In this document: positions 13,901-28,700 of the stretch, piece after piece
Layout: each line of letters begins with the position of its first letter
Position numbering within the stretch: position 1 is the first letter of the stretch
Assembly (NCBI GenBank): GCA_051362555.1
Contig: CM120648.1
Span: 18,348,587 to 18,412,586, forward strand
Direction: 5' to 3'
DNA: 64,000 nucleotides
DNA from: Lingula anatina
Lineage: Eukaryota > Animalia > Brachiopoda
Program-made: the position numbers and the translations under genes
The notes under the pieces: generated by a model
Databases searched by the model: none
What the model saw: the letters and a program-made list of their open reading frames with translations, nothing else
Told to the model about the DNA's origin: nothing

Positions 13901-16900
13901 TTTTTGCCTCTTTTATCTGCAAAAATGACAGAGATACACTTATAGTTACTATTGACCTTGAATAGGAAGTCATATACTGGCAATCTTACATTACGCCGCT
14001 TTGTAATCTGGAACATAGTCGATCTTACACGTCAGAATTTGTGTGCAAATCGACTTTGTGATTTACATGATAAATGTCTTTATACTTCACTTCGTTCTTC
14101 AGCAGTGATTCAGTATCCAGGGGCCGGTTTCACAAAGCAGTAGTTAGTTAGCCATCGGTAGTTAGTCTCTCGCTAGTTATAGTGCCATTTCACGAAGCAG
14201 TCGCTATTTCTTTGCTCGTTATTGTCTCGTTGTTGTCTTGGATATTTAACGACTGGTCAGACCAGTTGCTAACTCTAGAGTTTCATCGTACGCATGCGTA
14301 ATGAGTGAAATAAAAAGGTTGCTTAGTTACCGTTGTCTGTCGTTTGTCTTTGTATCCAATATGGCGGCTACTATTTTTTGTTATCCGTACCGCCAGACGG
14401 CAACGTAGACTACAACGTTTTCATGAAAGGCAGAATCTATTAGAATATACACACGATGATGCAATTTACGAGAGGTTGCGCCGAGCTGTGACAAAAAGAG
14501 CGGCAAAAAGGTGGCGGAGATCCTTTACGACGACCTCAAAGCAGACGTTCTTATGCATTTCCAGCCACCAAAAATTGGAGAGTTAGTGCTTTTGTGACAC
14601 TTTTACGCAAGATTTCCACTTCCGGCAGACGGTTTCGAGACTACGGTGAGTAACGAGAGAACTAACGACCGAACTTTACGACTGAACTTAGCGATGAGTT
14701 AACGACTGCTTCGTGAAACACCTCTCGAAAATCGCAAAATTTGCTCGTTAGCGAGGTAGTTCAGTAGTTAGTTGTTCTAACTAACTACTGCTTTGTGAAA
14801 CCGGCCCCAGATTACACACCCTTTTTATGTACAGACACAGATGTGTCTGTACATATAGCCATCATCTGCGTCTGTCGTCGCCGTCGCCGTCGTCGCTGTC
14901 ATCGCCGTCGTCGCCGTCGCCGTGCACTTTTACCGATAACACGATAAATGGAAAACTGTTTTTTCTTTTGGTATGAAACTTACAGAACTGATGAATATTC
15001 ATAATACGCAGGTCAAGTTCGAAAATCAGCATAATCGGGTCACTTTTAGGGAATTTATGCTGTTTTTTCACTTTTTTCAGCATATATGCAGCACTGATAA
15101 CACGATAAGTGGAAAACCATTTTACCTTTTGACTTGAAACTTACAAAACTGATGAATATTCATAATACGCAGGTCAAGTTCGAAAATCAGCATGATCGGG
15201 TCACTTTTAGGGAATTTATGCTGTTTTTTCACTTTTTTCAGCATATATGCAGCACCGATAACACGATAAGTGAAAAACCATTTTACCTTTTGGCTTGAAA
15301 GTTACAGAACTGATGAATATTCATAATACGCAGGTCAAGTTCGAAAATCAGCATGATCGGGTCACTTTTAGGGAATTTATGCTGTTTTTTCACTTTTTTC
15401 AGCATATATGCAGCACCGATAACACAATAAGTGAAAAACCATTTTACCTTTTGGCTTGAAAGTTACAGAACTGATGAATATTCATAATACGCAGGTCAAG
15501 TTTGAAAATCAGCATGATCGGGTCATTTTTAGGGAATTTATGCTGTTTTTTCACTTTTTTCAGCATATATGCAACCCCGATAACACGATAAGTGGAAAAC
15601 CATCCTACCTTTTGGCTTGAAACTTACAAAACTGATTAATATTCATAATACACAGGTCAAGTTCGAAAATCAGCATGATTGGGTCATTTTTAGGGAATTT
15701 ATGCTGTTTTTTCACTATTTTTCAGCATATATGCAGCACCGATAACACCATAAGTGGAAAACCATTTTACCTTTTGGCTTGAAACTTGTAGAACTGATAA
15801 ATATTCATAATACGCAAGTCAAGTTCGAAAATCAGCATGATTCGATTATTGTTAGGGAATTTATGCTGTTTTTTCACTTTTTTCAGCATATATGCAGCAC
15901 TGATAACACAATAAGTGGAAAACTGTTTTTTCATTTGGCTTGAAACTTACAGAACTAATGAATATTCATAATACGCAGGTCAAGTTTGAAAATCAGCAAG
16001 ATCGGGCAATTTTTATGGAAGTTATCCTGTTTTTTTTTTTTTTTTTGTTTTTTTTTCAATTTTTTCAGCACTTTTATAACACCGATAACATGATAAGTGT
16101 AAAAATGTTTTTCCTTTCCTTGGATTGAAATTTACAGAACTGGTGAATATTTATTATACGCAGGTCAAGTTTGAAAATTGGCATGATTGGACTATTTTTA
16201 CAAAAGTAATGCTGTTTTTTTCCCTTTATTCAGCATACATGCAACACTGATAACGCATTTTAAGGAAAACCAATCAGCCTTTTGTCTTGCAACTCACAGG
16301 AGTGATCAATCTGACCAGTATACAGATCAAGTTTGAAAATAAGCTTGATCAGTTAAGTTTTGATGAAGTTATTAGCCTTTTTGTATATAAGTGGTTTTTC
16401 TTCAGATTTAATTCTTAAGCATGTTAACAGTCTCATAACGGTACTAATTGGATATGTTAAAGTGTTGTTTTAACATTTTCTGCTTCTTAACAATATTGTT
16501 AGTTGATTATATAAAAATGACGGTAAACCTATTATCCTGCATTGTGTAATAAAGTATCAAAAATGGAAAGGAACTCATCATTGCAGTTCATCAGATTCAA
16601 TCATTCACTATGTTCAGAATCTCCAAATGGAGCTAATTGGACATTATAAATTGTTCTATTGATATTTTTCCTATGTCAACAATTTTCCTAGTTGATCATT
16701 TAAAAATGACAGTTAATTGATGATGGTTTTATGTAAAAAAGGTGTTGAAAATGGAAAGAAAATCATTTCAGTACAGTTATCTCTTGTTAACATTTTGGCA
16801 TTTTGAAAGTGTGACCCTAACTTCCATGTCCTTGGAGACCTTTCCATATCACATTTTCTGAATATCCATGATACTTTTATTTTTTTATAAAAAATTTGAT

Positions 16901-18878
16901 GGTCATTATGCTGTTAAGTATTATGTTATATTGCATGAAAGTTAAAGAAAACCCTATTTTGGACACTGCTGCCAGGATAGCGATTAAGGGAAAACCATGT
17001 TACTTATGATAATCAACCTTACTGAAAAGAGTGAAGTGCAGCTTGTGTTGGAAAACCATCGTAATTGTTTTCTGTTTTGAAAGCAATGCAGTACAGTGCT
17101 ATTTGGTGCAATAAATGTATATGGATAGTAGGCAGTTAATTCAGGGTTATAAAATAATTTGCTTAATTGATTTTCAAGTTATTTCAGGGTTATAAAATAA
17201 TTTGCTTAATTAATTTTCAAGTGGGTATTAAATGAGATTACATAAACACACATTGAGATTTCATTGTAAAGTCCCATCGGTTTAGCTTTCTTAACTGTGT
17301 CACATAATTAGGAATCGATGATTATTATGCAGGTAAATGTTATTTAATATGGAAAATAAGTTTACAAAAAAAAATTTGTGTAACGCTTACATTAATGCTA
17401 AAGATGAATAACAGTGCCTTATTATTCTCAAACTCAATAGGGTTATTCATATCATGTTAGTAATTGTACAGCTAGATTAAAAGTTTGAATAGCAGCTTTA
17501 TTGGTATTTTTTGTTATGTTTTATTTTACATTTTCTTTTAATTTTTTTATGCTGTTTTTTCACTTTTTTCAACATATATGCAACATTAATAACACAATAT
17601 AAGAAAAACAGCTTAGCCAATTGTCATTATACTCACAGGAGTGGTCAATCTTACAAAAATGCAGGTTGAGTTCGAAAATCAGTGTTATCGGGCCATTATT
17701 TTAGAAGTTGTACTGTTTTTTCAAATTTCCTCAGATTCAATTCTTAGGCATGTTAACAGTCTCATTATTGAACTAATAAGATATGTAAAAGTGTGTGTTT
17801 GATATTTCCTGCATCTTTACAACATTGTTAGTTGATTATGTAAAAATGATGGTAAACTTGTTATCATGTATTGTGTAATCAAGTGTCCAAAACGGAAATA
17901 AACTCATATCATTGCAGTTTGTCAGATTCAATCATCAACATCTGCCATGATGACCATGATGGGAAAACCGTGTTCGTTATGATTGTCAAACTTTCAAAAA
18001 AGAAACACAGGACTAAAATGCAGCCCAAGTTGGAAAAGCAGTCTAATGGGCTTCTTTTTCTGGAAGTTATTCATTTTAGTGAAATATTCATTATCTTTTT
18101 GGCATATTCATTGTGGGACTCGGAGCTCCCATGGACATGAAGCCGGATGGTAATCAAACTTTCTACATGTTCATGCTATTTATAGTCAATAATCAAAAAT
18201 TGGTGATAATTATTCTATAATTTATTATGTAATGTTACATCAAAATTGACAATAATCTTTTTGCACTGCTACTGCAAACATTATGAAAAGAAAACTGTGT
18301 TATTTATTATTATATTTAACTTAAGAGTATGATTTTTAGGATTGGCATGCAGTTCAAATTAGAAAGCCAGGTCAATTGGGTTATCATTTATTATTGAATT
18401 TAATGCAATTTTGTGTGAAATTTCATTTTTCTCATTCTGGCACTTTTTAAGTATAAACTTGAACTCTGATGGGCCTGAAGCCTTATGCTTTTACTCTCAT
18501 CGGTGTTACCTGTTGTGCAAAATTAAAATTTGATGTTGACTGTACAGTTAAACATAATGTATTATTGCATCAGAAGTGGTAGTCTCCTATTTTGTGCATT
18601 ATTGTTTTGTGCTCTTCTTAAGTTGTGACTTATGGGCCTGAAAGACCTTTGAGAGGGTCAGTCTATAAATTTCCCTTGGGTATCACTTCGCTAATTTCAG
18701 TTATAAAGTAATTTGCCTAATTGATAGGCTACATAAAGCACACTTGTGATTTGAGATTACATAAAGCACACTTGTTGATATTTCCCTGTAAACTCCCATA
18801 GGTTAAGCTCTCTGCTAGATTAATAATAAGGAAGCAGTGATAATTATGCAGGTAAATTTTGTTTAATATTGCAAATAA

Positions 18879-18943
<65 letters not shown>

Positions 18944-21900
18944 AACTGAAAGATTAAAAGTTTGAATAGCAGCTTCATTGGAATTATATTTACCTCTGCC
19001 AAGGAGGTTATATTTTCACCCCTGTTTGTCATCAACATAACTCAAAAAGTTATGGACCGATTTTGCTGAAATTTTCAGGAACTGTCAGAAGTGGGCCAAA
19101 GAGGACAAAAATCAATAATAATCAACAATTGCTACCTTGGCAGAGGTCTGCACTCTCGGAGTGCTTTTCTAGTTTTGTTGTTTTCCTTTATAATTTTTTC
19201 TCAAACACTTGCATTTGTGACAACTCTCATCCGCCTGAGACTCTGACATTTCTGTTTTTCCACATAAGCAGTTGTATTGTTTTTTATGTCTTTAAACATT
19301 ATGTTACTTATGTAATATTATTTTATGCACTGTCATCATTTTTCAAATATTGAGACTTACATCATGTGAATTTGAACTCTCATGGTCCTGAAACTGTAAT
19401 CTTATTGAAAGGGTAGATTGAGACCATCTTCTGGGACTTCCGGAAGACAGTCAGGTTATTAAGTTTATATTGCCTGGTATCTATTTTTTCTTCTGTTGGA
19501 AGACCATCAAAATGGAGGATGGATCAAAATAGATACTTTGGAATACTGTCAGAAAATATCTCTGGGTCCGCTCATGTTATTGACCATTTTACCTGTTGTG
19601 CATGATTAAAATTCAGTGTTGACTGACAGTGCTATTATAAGCATTATTTATTATTGCATCAAAATTGACAAAATGACCTATTTTGCATCTTTATTTTCTG
19701 TTTTTTGTCTGTACATTTGACAGCTTTGCTGCCTTGTTATCTATCTAGATCTATTTTACTCAAAGTTTGTTTTACCCTGATATAAATAACGCACCATAGT
19801 ATTTTTGGGAATTTCTCAATTCAGTTGAATTCAAAATTTTTTATTGAGCTGCGATGTAACGACTTTTGTCATCGTGAAAATGTAAGATTTTACATAACAC
19901 ACTAATACCCAATGCATTTTCCATTTGAAAAAAAAAAAAAAACATTTCCACCAATTTAGAGTAGGTACGAGGGAGTTTTTGTGCAGGGATGGAGCGATAA
20001 GGGGGAGTATCGGTGCAGGAAAATATAAGTACAGGAAGTATTGGTGCGGGAAATTTAAACTGTGACGTACCTTATACACATATAGGCACTGGGAATTGTC
20101 GGCACGGGGGTTGTATAGGTACGGAGGAGTATTTGTGCGGGGACTTAAAGCACAGGGGAGTATCGATCAAGGGACATACACAGATAGGTAGGGAGAGAAT
20201 TGGTGCCGGGGTGTATAAGGTATGCTGCCGTTTAGTAGCAGTAGCGAAAGTGTACCAGTATTATGTTAAAAATTTGACGTTGTGACAGGAAAGGTAGTTT
20301 TAATGGGTGGATTCAAACATGGTCGTATAGGCACGATCTGTACATATTTCTGTAACATACATTGAGAACTCCAATAACCTTTTCCCAGCCTATTTTATCT
20401 TGATATTATCCTCCTCTGTGCTGCTCCTTCATTTACTGTTTAAATTCACTTCCTTTCTTGAATGCCACTCCTTCCATCATCTCAGCATCATCATTTAGAC
20501 ATAGCTGTTCAGTCTTGCTACTACTCACCTCCATCCTGTTACTCTCAAGCACATATGCAGGCATCCACCTCTCTAGATTTTCTCTCGCTTCCTCTCTGCT
20601 ATTGCTTCACAATAAATATAACATCTGCAAACATCATCATTCACCTTATCCATAATCCATGAGTCCTTTTGTCAATGTGAAGCATCACATTTGTATTACC
20701 AGGTGAGTTTAATGAACGGCTTCGCCGATTGTGTGAAAGTGGTAAGATTCCAGTATACCGACAGCGAGTAGCTATTGTTGGACCTTACGGTGTGGGAAAG
20801 ACTCATCTCGCCAAGCGCCTCATCCATGAGGAATATATCAAAGAAGAAGATGCAAATACAACTGGCGTGAATATATACCGCCATAGGTGTGTTGTCCATA
20901 AAGCTGGCCGATCCTGTTGGATCAGAGGAAAAGGTAAGCAGAATAAAGGAAAACATTTGACACATATGGAATTTGTTTATAAAGAATACGAAGAACAGCA
21001 GATAAGACATTTTCAATTTTACCGCATAACCCACAATAAGGAATTATACATACGTGTACATGTGGGTGTCGAAATGTGTCCTTCCCTATCTTAGTATGGT
21101 AGACGAGGGGCTGAGTGAAATAGTACCTAAATAAGTGGTGCCTTTGTATTGTTATCAATCAATTAACATACATGACACTTTACAATCTACTCCTACAGCC
21201 CATTGATTATTTTTTAACTGGGTACAAACACTATAATTTCATTCTTTGTAAAAACACCATGCTTTATTCTACTCAATATTGAATTGAATTTTTCAACGGT
21301 GTAGCCTGATACGTACACTCAGAAAGGGTACATTTAGATACAACGCTTGATCTACCTGTATGATCCTTCCAACTATTCTCAGATGATCCAAAAGACCAGT
21401 TTGCACAAAACATGGCAATTGGAGTACAGAATTCAGATACGTTTTGTGAGCCGGACTTAACAGTATTGGACCAAACGCCACTAGAGGAATCCCCACCAGA
21501 TTCAGAAGAGAATATTAATAACATGCTGACAAATAGAGGTATTGTACATGATTGTCTCGAATAGTTCATCTTGGTGCAATTTAAACAGATATTTGTAGTT
21601 ATTCTTCTTTTTTGCCAAGAGATTCCACCTTCTATGTGTTTTTCTTTGGCCATTCCACATATATGTGCCTTGAAAACATTTTTGTTTACTTCAAGGTTGA
21701 TTCTTTTTCTGTTAGAATGTTGTTTGATATTATTCTTCTCTTTATTCTACAGCTGCTTCCCCTGATGACAGTGAATCACCTGCCTCTCCTGACAAAGCAG
21801 CAGGTAAGTAGTTCACATGTAGTAAAACAAAATTCTCGTGTGTTGCTCAGAATGTTCGAGAGTTTTTCTTAGCTTGTTGATAAGGTATGTGAGTTTCTAT

Positions 21901-24900
21901 CTTCTTATTTTCATCATACTGGGACTTTGAACTCACATGGGCATGAAGCCTGGTGGTAATCAAATTTTCTTAATGTCCATGTTTTTAACAGAAGATAATT
22001 AAAATTTTGTGGTATTTATACAGTTGACCATTATGTTATATTGCATCAAAAACCTACTTTGTGCACTATCACCATAACGTTATAAAAAGAAAACTGTTAC
22101 CTATTTTATATTTACAAAAAAATGATTCTTAGGATTGACAAACAGCTTAAATTAGAAAAACCAGCTCTTTTGAATTATCCTTTTTATCGAATTATGCATT
22201 TTTTGTGAAATTTTTATTTATCTCATTCTGGTGTGAGCTTGAACTCTCATGGGCCTGAAGCCTTATGCTTTTACTTACATCGTTATATACTGTTGTGCAT
22301 AATTAAATTTTGGGGTTGACTGTGCAGTTAAGCATTGTATTACATTAGAACTGACAGCCTCCTATTTTGTGCATTATTATTTTCTGTTTTTTAAAATTGT
22401 GACTTAGATATTTCATGGGCCTGAATACCGTTGCTAGTCACATTTGGGTGACAAGCCTCTAATCTTCCATTGGGTAACTACTAGCTAAATTCAGAGCTAT
22501 AAGGTCACTTGCCTAAATTAAGTTTCAAGTGGCAATAAAATGAGATCATATAAAACACACATGTTGAGATTCCCTGTAAACTCCCATAGGTTAAGTTTTC
22601 TGCCAGATAACAGTGTCCATAATAGGGAAGCAGTGATAATTATGCAGATAAATGTTGTTTAATTTTGCAAATTAGTTTTCAAAAAATTATTTTGTATAAT
22701 GCCAACATTAATGCTAGTTTTAAAAGCAGCTTTACTGAAATGTTTTGTTTTTAATTTTTTTCAAACACTGAGGGTTTCAACTCAATTTTTAACTCCCCTC
22801 CACCTGAAGCTCTGCACATTTTCTGTTTTCCCACAAAAGCAGTTGTATTGGTATTTATGTATTTCAGCATTATGTAACATTATATTATTCTATGCACTGC
22901 TTTCATATGTCAAATATTGTGATTTTCATTACTAGTATGTGAATTTGAACTTTCGTGGTCCTGAAACTGTAATCTTATCATAGGGGCAGATTGGGATCGT
23001 CCTCAAGGTTTTCAGGAAGACGGTCAGATTTTAAAGTTAACATTGACGGGTATCTAATTTTTTTGTTGGAAGACCATCTAAAATGGAGGGTGGATTAACA
23101 AAGATATTTTAAAATACTGTCAGAAAATACATTTGGATCCGCTCCTGTTATTGACCATGTTACCTGTTGTGCATGACTTAAATTCAGTGTCGATTGACCG
23201 TGCTATTACAAGTATTATTTATTATTGCATCAAAATGAGAAAATAACCTATTTTTTGCATCTTTATTTATTTATTTATTTATTTATTTATTTTGTCTGTA
23301 GACTTGTCCTTCAAGAAATACATGCCTTCAAGAAATCGACGAAAACTGGAAGTGCATGTTTTTTGCACTGTTTTTCCTGTCATGCCCATCGTAAACACTG
23401 TGTTGTCAAGTAAAAGGAAGCATCTGATACAAAGTATCAAACGCGGCATTGACGTGCTTGCTTGCGATGTGTTCAGTACACTTTGTTTACACTGACAAGT
23501 CGAGGTCAGAAATGCACAATGTTTTTCTATGTAATTACGCAGTTTCAATTTTGATTAGTGAATTTTTTTTTATCTGCATGGTCATTTTCCGAACATTTGT
23601 ATAAGCCACGAAATATTTCTCATCGGAAAATCACCCAGCAGCTTTCCAAGTACAAGCGAGTGACGTCATGACGCACTTCCGGTTTTCGTCAAGATCTTGA
23701 AGGGATTAGCGTTATGGTTTGCTGCACATTTAAAGCGTTCTGTCTCTAAATGTACTTGACTGCTTGGATTGAAATTTACAGAACTTATTCTTCACATGAT
23801 ATCACACATATGTGCTTAATTTGAGAGCTTTAGCTGTTATATATTTTCTACAGTGCCCATTCAAAATTGAAAAAGAGCTATTTTCCGTCAATTTTTCTTG
23901 AAGGGCAGGTCTACATTTGACAGATTTGCTGTCTTGTTTTATCTGGGTACAAACACGACAATTTAATTTTCTGTAAAATAAGTCTTCTTTATATGACTGA
24001 GGATTATTTTTCTTTTTGCCAAGGGATTCCACCTTCTATGTGTTTTTTGTTGGCCATTATACCTTATGTGCCTTGAAGACTGGACACTTGATACCAATTA
24101 TACTTGATCTTATTAGATGCATTTTCGATGTAATTTATTTATTTTTATACAATATTTATAGACCAATATCCCAAAGTTATATGTTAAAATTTTGTAAAGA
24201 AATTCCTTTATCTTAGCCACATTTTTGTTTACTTTAAGATTGAGTCATTTTCTGCTAGAATGGTGTTTGATATTCTTCTTCTCTTTATTCTACAGCCGCT
24301 CCACCTGCCTCTCCTGACAGAGCAGCAGGTAAGTAGTGCACATGTAGTAAAACAAGATTCCGTCTTTTGCTCATAATCTGCAAGAGTTGTTCTTAGCTTG
24401 TCGATTAAGTATGTGAGTTCCTGCATTCTTATTTTCATCAAACTGTATTAATAATGTTATATTAAAATTGACTATACCTTACAATTTTAATTGATTTTAA
24501 TGAATGTTAAAACATTCAGTATTTATCACCCAGTTATGTTTTGAGCTTACTCACTTGTATTCAACAGAGAGGATACATTTTTAAGAAAAAAATGTTTTTT
24601 TTTTTGGAAATTGCCGATAAACCTTCAGAAACAGATGAAAGCTTCTAATTTATTTGATAACTGTTTCACAAAGTTAATTGACACTAAATACATTCAAATT
24701 TTGTCAATGATTACAATACTTTTTTATGCTAAAAAGTTTTATTTTAACCACACTGTTTATTGTACAGTCCTTTTCAAAGGTGAAAGTGGATCTCATACCT
24801 CTGGGGAAGAAAACATGAGTAGTATAAGAATGTTGACGATATGTCGATGTATGAACAGTCCCTGACAAATGAAATAAATTAGATTGAAAGCATGTCTATA

Positions 24901-25681
24901 AAAATTAAGGTCTAGTCTCTCACAACCCCCCCCCCCCCCCCCCCTTGAAGAAGGCACATCAGCTGAAAACTCAATTGGGCGCTTGATACCAATTATACTT
25001 ATTACATGCATTTTCAATCTAATTTATTTATTTTTATACAATATTTATACAATATACTGTGGGATTAATACGATGATTTGGATAAATATGCATGCATTGC
25101 AATACATAACAATATGCATTATGCTAAAATCATTTAGTTTGGACATAGCTTATTGTATTCATTGCAGTGGCAGAAAGGAACCATCTAGATGATATTGACA
25201 AGGAGCTATTGGAAAAAATTGAGAAAATTGCCCGAGGGGAAGATGTGGAGCCAGAGAAACAGGTCACAATTTGGGATTTTGCAGGACAGGATGTCTACTA
25301 CACCACGCACCAAACATTCCTCTCAGAGCGGATCATCTACTTGTTGGTATTCCGACTTGACCAGGACCTCGATGATAAAATCCGTGTATACAGGGGAGAG
25401 AAGACGCTGAAAGGTATTGTTGAGCTTTATATCTTTACATGTATAAGCTACTCAGGGCCCTCATGTAAATAATGGCCTGTCAACTGTGTGTAATTTCTTT
25501 ATTAAAAGGTCCACATTTTTAAATCTCTCTATTGCTCTTAATATATATATATATATATATAACATTGAGATTTTAGTAGCGTTAATTTTAAATGGTTCCG
25601 ATGAGTGTTTTGGATTTTAATATTCTAGTGATTTTAAGGATTTTAGTTATATTTACCATTGTAAGCCGCCCAATAAGAAAC

Positions 25682-25712
<31 letters not shown>

Positions 25713-28700
25713 TATTGGCGCTATTTTTTAGCAATGCTGAGGAGAAAACACTGATTAATATTCATCTTTGCATTAACATCAAGGCTTTGTATGTATTTTT
25801 CAGAGTTTATTATGTTTTGGTTAAACTCAATCCATATGCACACTATTGGAAAATTGAGGGAAGAAGACAAAAATGCCATGCCATACGTCTTGATTATTGG
25901 AACTCATAAGGACATGTTATGCCCACAGGTGAAAACGCTTTTCTTATCACAATTATTCAATTACTACCATACTTATTGTACCACCAGCGTAGGCGCTGGC
26001 GGTACACATGGTTTTAGTCCCGACCCGTATGTTCCGCCGGTTCCGTCGGCTCCTGCGGCTCCGCCGCCAAGTCACCGTTACCGCTTCTCCTCCTAGACGG
26101 TAAGGGCCTCCATACCCATCTCTTCGATTTAGGTCACCTATAATCTCAACATGTCCACGTAAAATTTGGGCTTTGTCGGTATTGGGGTCTAGGTGTGGCA
26201 CTTATTGCAATGCACTCTTGTCCAAAAATGGCAAAATTAAATGCATATTATCTCCCCTACGGAAGGAATTATGGGAAAAATTTCTACAGACAGCTTTCCA
26301 AAAGTCATATGTGTAGATTTCAAATATGCCCTTGGATTTGACCTTTAGAGTTTCGAGTTACGCTGTATCCAAAAGTACATATTGGTGGTGAAAGCAAAAT
26401 GTGCAGTACGGTAATGGATAATAAATTTTGAACTCCGGAAAAATAAAACATAAGGCTTGGCAAAGCAGACAACTTGTGGTCAAAAATGATATTCTTTCAT
26501 CAAATTTGAACATCTGGAACTTCAGAGCACCTCCCATTTCAAGAATTTTGACCAAAATGATGTTTTCTTTATTTAAATTAATCTTTTCTGTAGGAAATTT
26601 ATGGCACATTATGGTAACTCAAAAATTATAAAATTTAGTCCCTTATATCTCCAAAACTGGCAGAGATAGGTCCATAGTTTCTATTGAAGTTGAATAGGAA
26701 GTCATATACTGGCAATCTACATGTGACCTTAAAATTGACCTTTGACCTACTTTTCACCATGAACTAAACTTTGCAAATTTTAATTCCCTTTTATCTCCAA
26801 AACTGGCAGAGATAGGTCCATAGTTACTATTGAACTTGAATAGGAAGTCATATACTGGCAATCTAAATGTGACCTTAAAATTGACCTTTAACCTACTTTT
26901 CACCATGAACTGAACTTTGCAAATTTTGCTTCCCTTTTATCTCCAAAACTGGCAGAGATAGGTCCCTAGTTTCTATTGAACTTGAATAGGAAGTCATATA
27001 CTGGCAATCTACATGTGACCTTAAAATTGACTTTTGACCTACTTTTCATCATGAACTGAACTTTGCAAATTTTGCTTCCCTTTTATCTCCAAAACTGGCA
27101 GAGATAGGTCCATAGTCTCTATTGAAGTTGAATAGGAAGGCATATACTGGCAATTTAAGAGTGACCTTAAAATTGACCTTTGACATACTTTTCACCATGA
27201 ACTGAATTTTGCATATTTTGCTTCCCCTTTATCTCCAAAACTGGCAGAGATAGGTCCATAGTTACTATTGAACGTGAAAGGAAGTCATATACTGGCAATC
27301 TAAGTGTGACCTTTAAATTGACCTTTGACCTACTTATTATCAAGAACTGAACTCTGCTAATTTCTTTCTCTTTTAACTCCAAATCTGGCAGAGATAGGCG
27401 AATAGTTACTATTGAAGTTGAATAGGAAGTCATATACTGGCAATTTACTGTGACCTTGGAATTGACCTTTGACCTACCTTACGATGAACTTAACTTTGAT
27501 TGTACCATTTTTAGTTATATATATATTTTTTGCATAATTTGAAAATTCTTGTTGATTGCATTTTTACAGCTTGTTAAGCACAAGACTGGTGGCTGTGTTC
27601 CTTATTTTGTGTATGTGGGGGTCTATACGAATGCGCTTGCTCCAGCTGGTGGTACAATATTCAGAGGCGATATCGCCTCTCTGATCCTCTAATTCTATGT
27701 ATAATTTGTATCCCTTCAACCATATCACGATTCCTGACGAGTGACTTAATTATTTAGAAACTTTTCACTATGTGACTATTTGTGGATGGCATGATTTAAT
27801 GTTGGGGGAAAAGGGTGTCCCTTGCCCACTGACTCCATCCTAATTTTATAGGTTCATTGCAGCACACCCATTTTTCAACTTGAACGAAGTGGACTATATC
27901 ATATACACATATATACATGTACATACACACACCCTGGTAGATGTTTTCTTTCGCTCTGACACTTAAGCATTATTATATAGTAGTGAAAAACTACAAAAGA
28001 ATCTTAACATCTTTTCATTCATAGGGCGAGGTTGAAAAGATTTTTGATAAACTCAAGAAGTGTCTCGATGACAAGCAGGTACTCAAGGACCACGTCTATC
28101 GATATTTTGCCATAAGCAACTTGGCCGAAGACGATGAGGAGTTTGCTGAAATAAAAAGAGCGATCGAAGATTTGTGCGGTTATAGCAGCGACAGTGAGGC
28201 TACCGTTCAACATCTTCCAGTGAGTTGGATTAAATTGGAAATGAATTTGGCAAAGAAGAGTGAAGAAACACCCATCATAAGTATTGAAAAATTGATGGAA
28301 ATGGCGCAAAGGGTAGGACTCCCTGATGGAGAATTACAAGAAAAATTCATTCCTTACCATCACCGTCAAGGCGACATCCTACACTTTAAAATTGATGGAC
28401 TGGAAAGTGTCGTCATAATAGATCCACTTTGGTTAGCAGTTGTGTTTTCTGCCATCATGACCCCGGCCAGCATTCACTCTGGATGCAGTCGCGGCCATGT
28501 CCTGAAAGATGAGCTTGAAAGAGGAGTCCTAAAAGAGGAGGTATTTGATGAGTATCTAAAAGAATTCAAGGTGGCCGAAAAAAAGACTGAAATCATACGA
28601 CTTATGCTGCATTTCGACTTGATGTTAGAAATATCCCAATCAGTTGAAAACCCTCTGCCTGGACATGGAAAAAGAAGATTCCTCGTACCCAGTATGCTGG

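Noticed and set aside
5924-19353. Numerous 60-130 aa ORFs, several recurring in near-identical form
   Set aside because: They are chance frames within repeated non-autonomous elements and have no domain motifs
19960-20225. G-rich degenerate repeats with a 90-aa Gly-rich ORF just upstream of the Roc exon
   Set aside because: Low-complexity repeat-like DNA with no convincing splice sites or domain similarity
24780-24819. Possible extra phase-1 micro-exon ([13 protein letters not shown])
   Set aside because: Weak donor and not needed for frame; cannot be supported without reads
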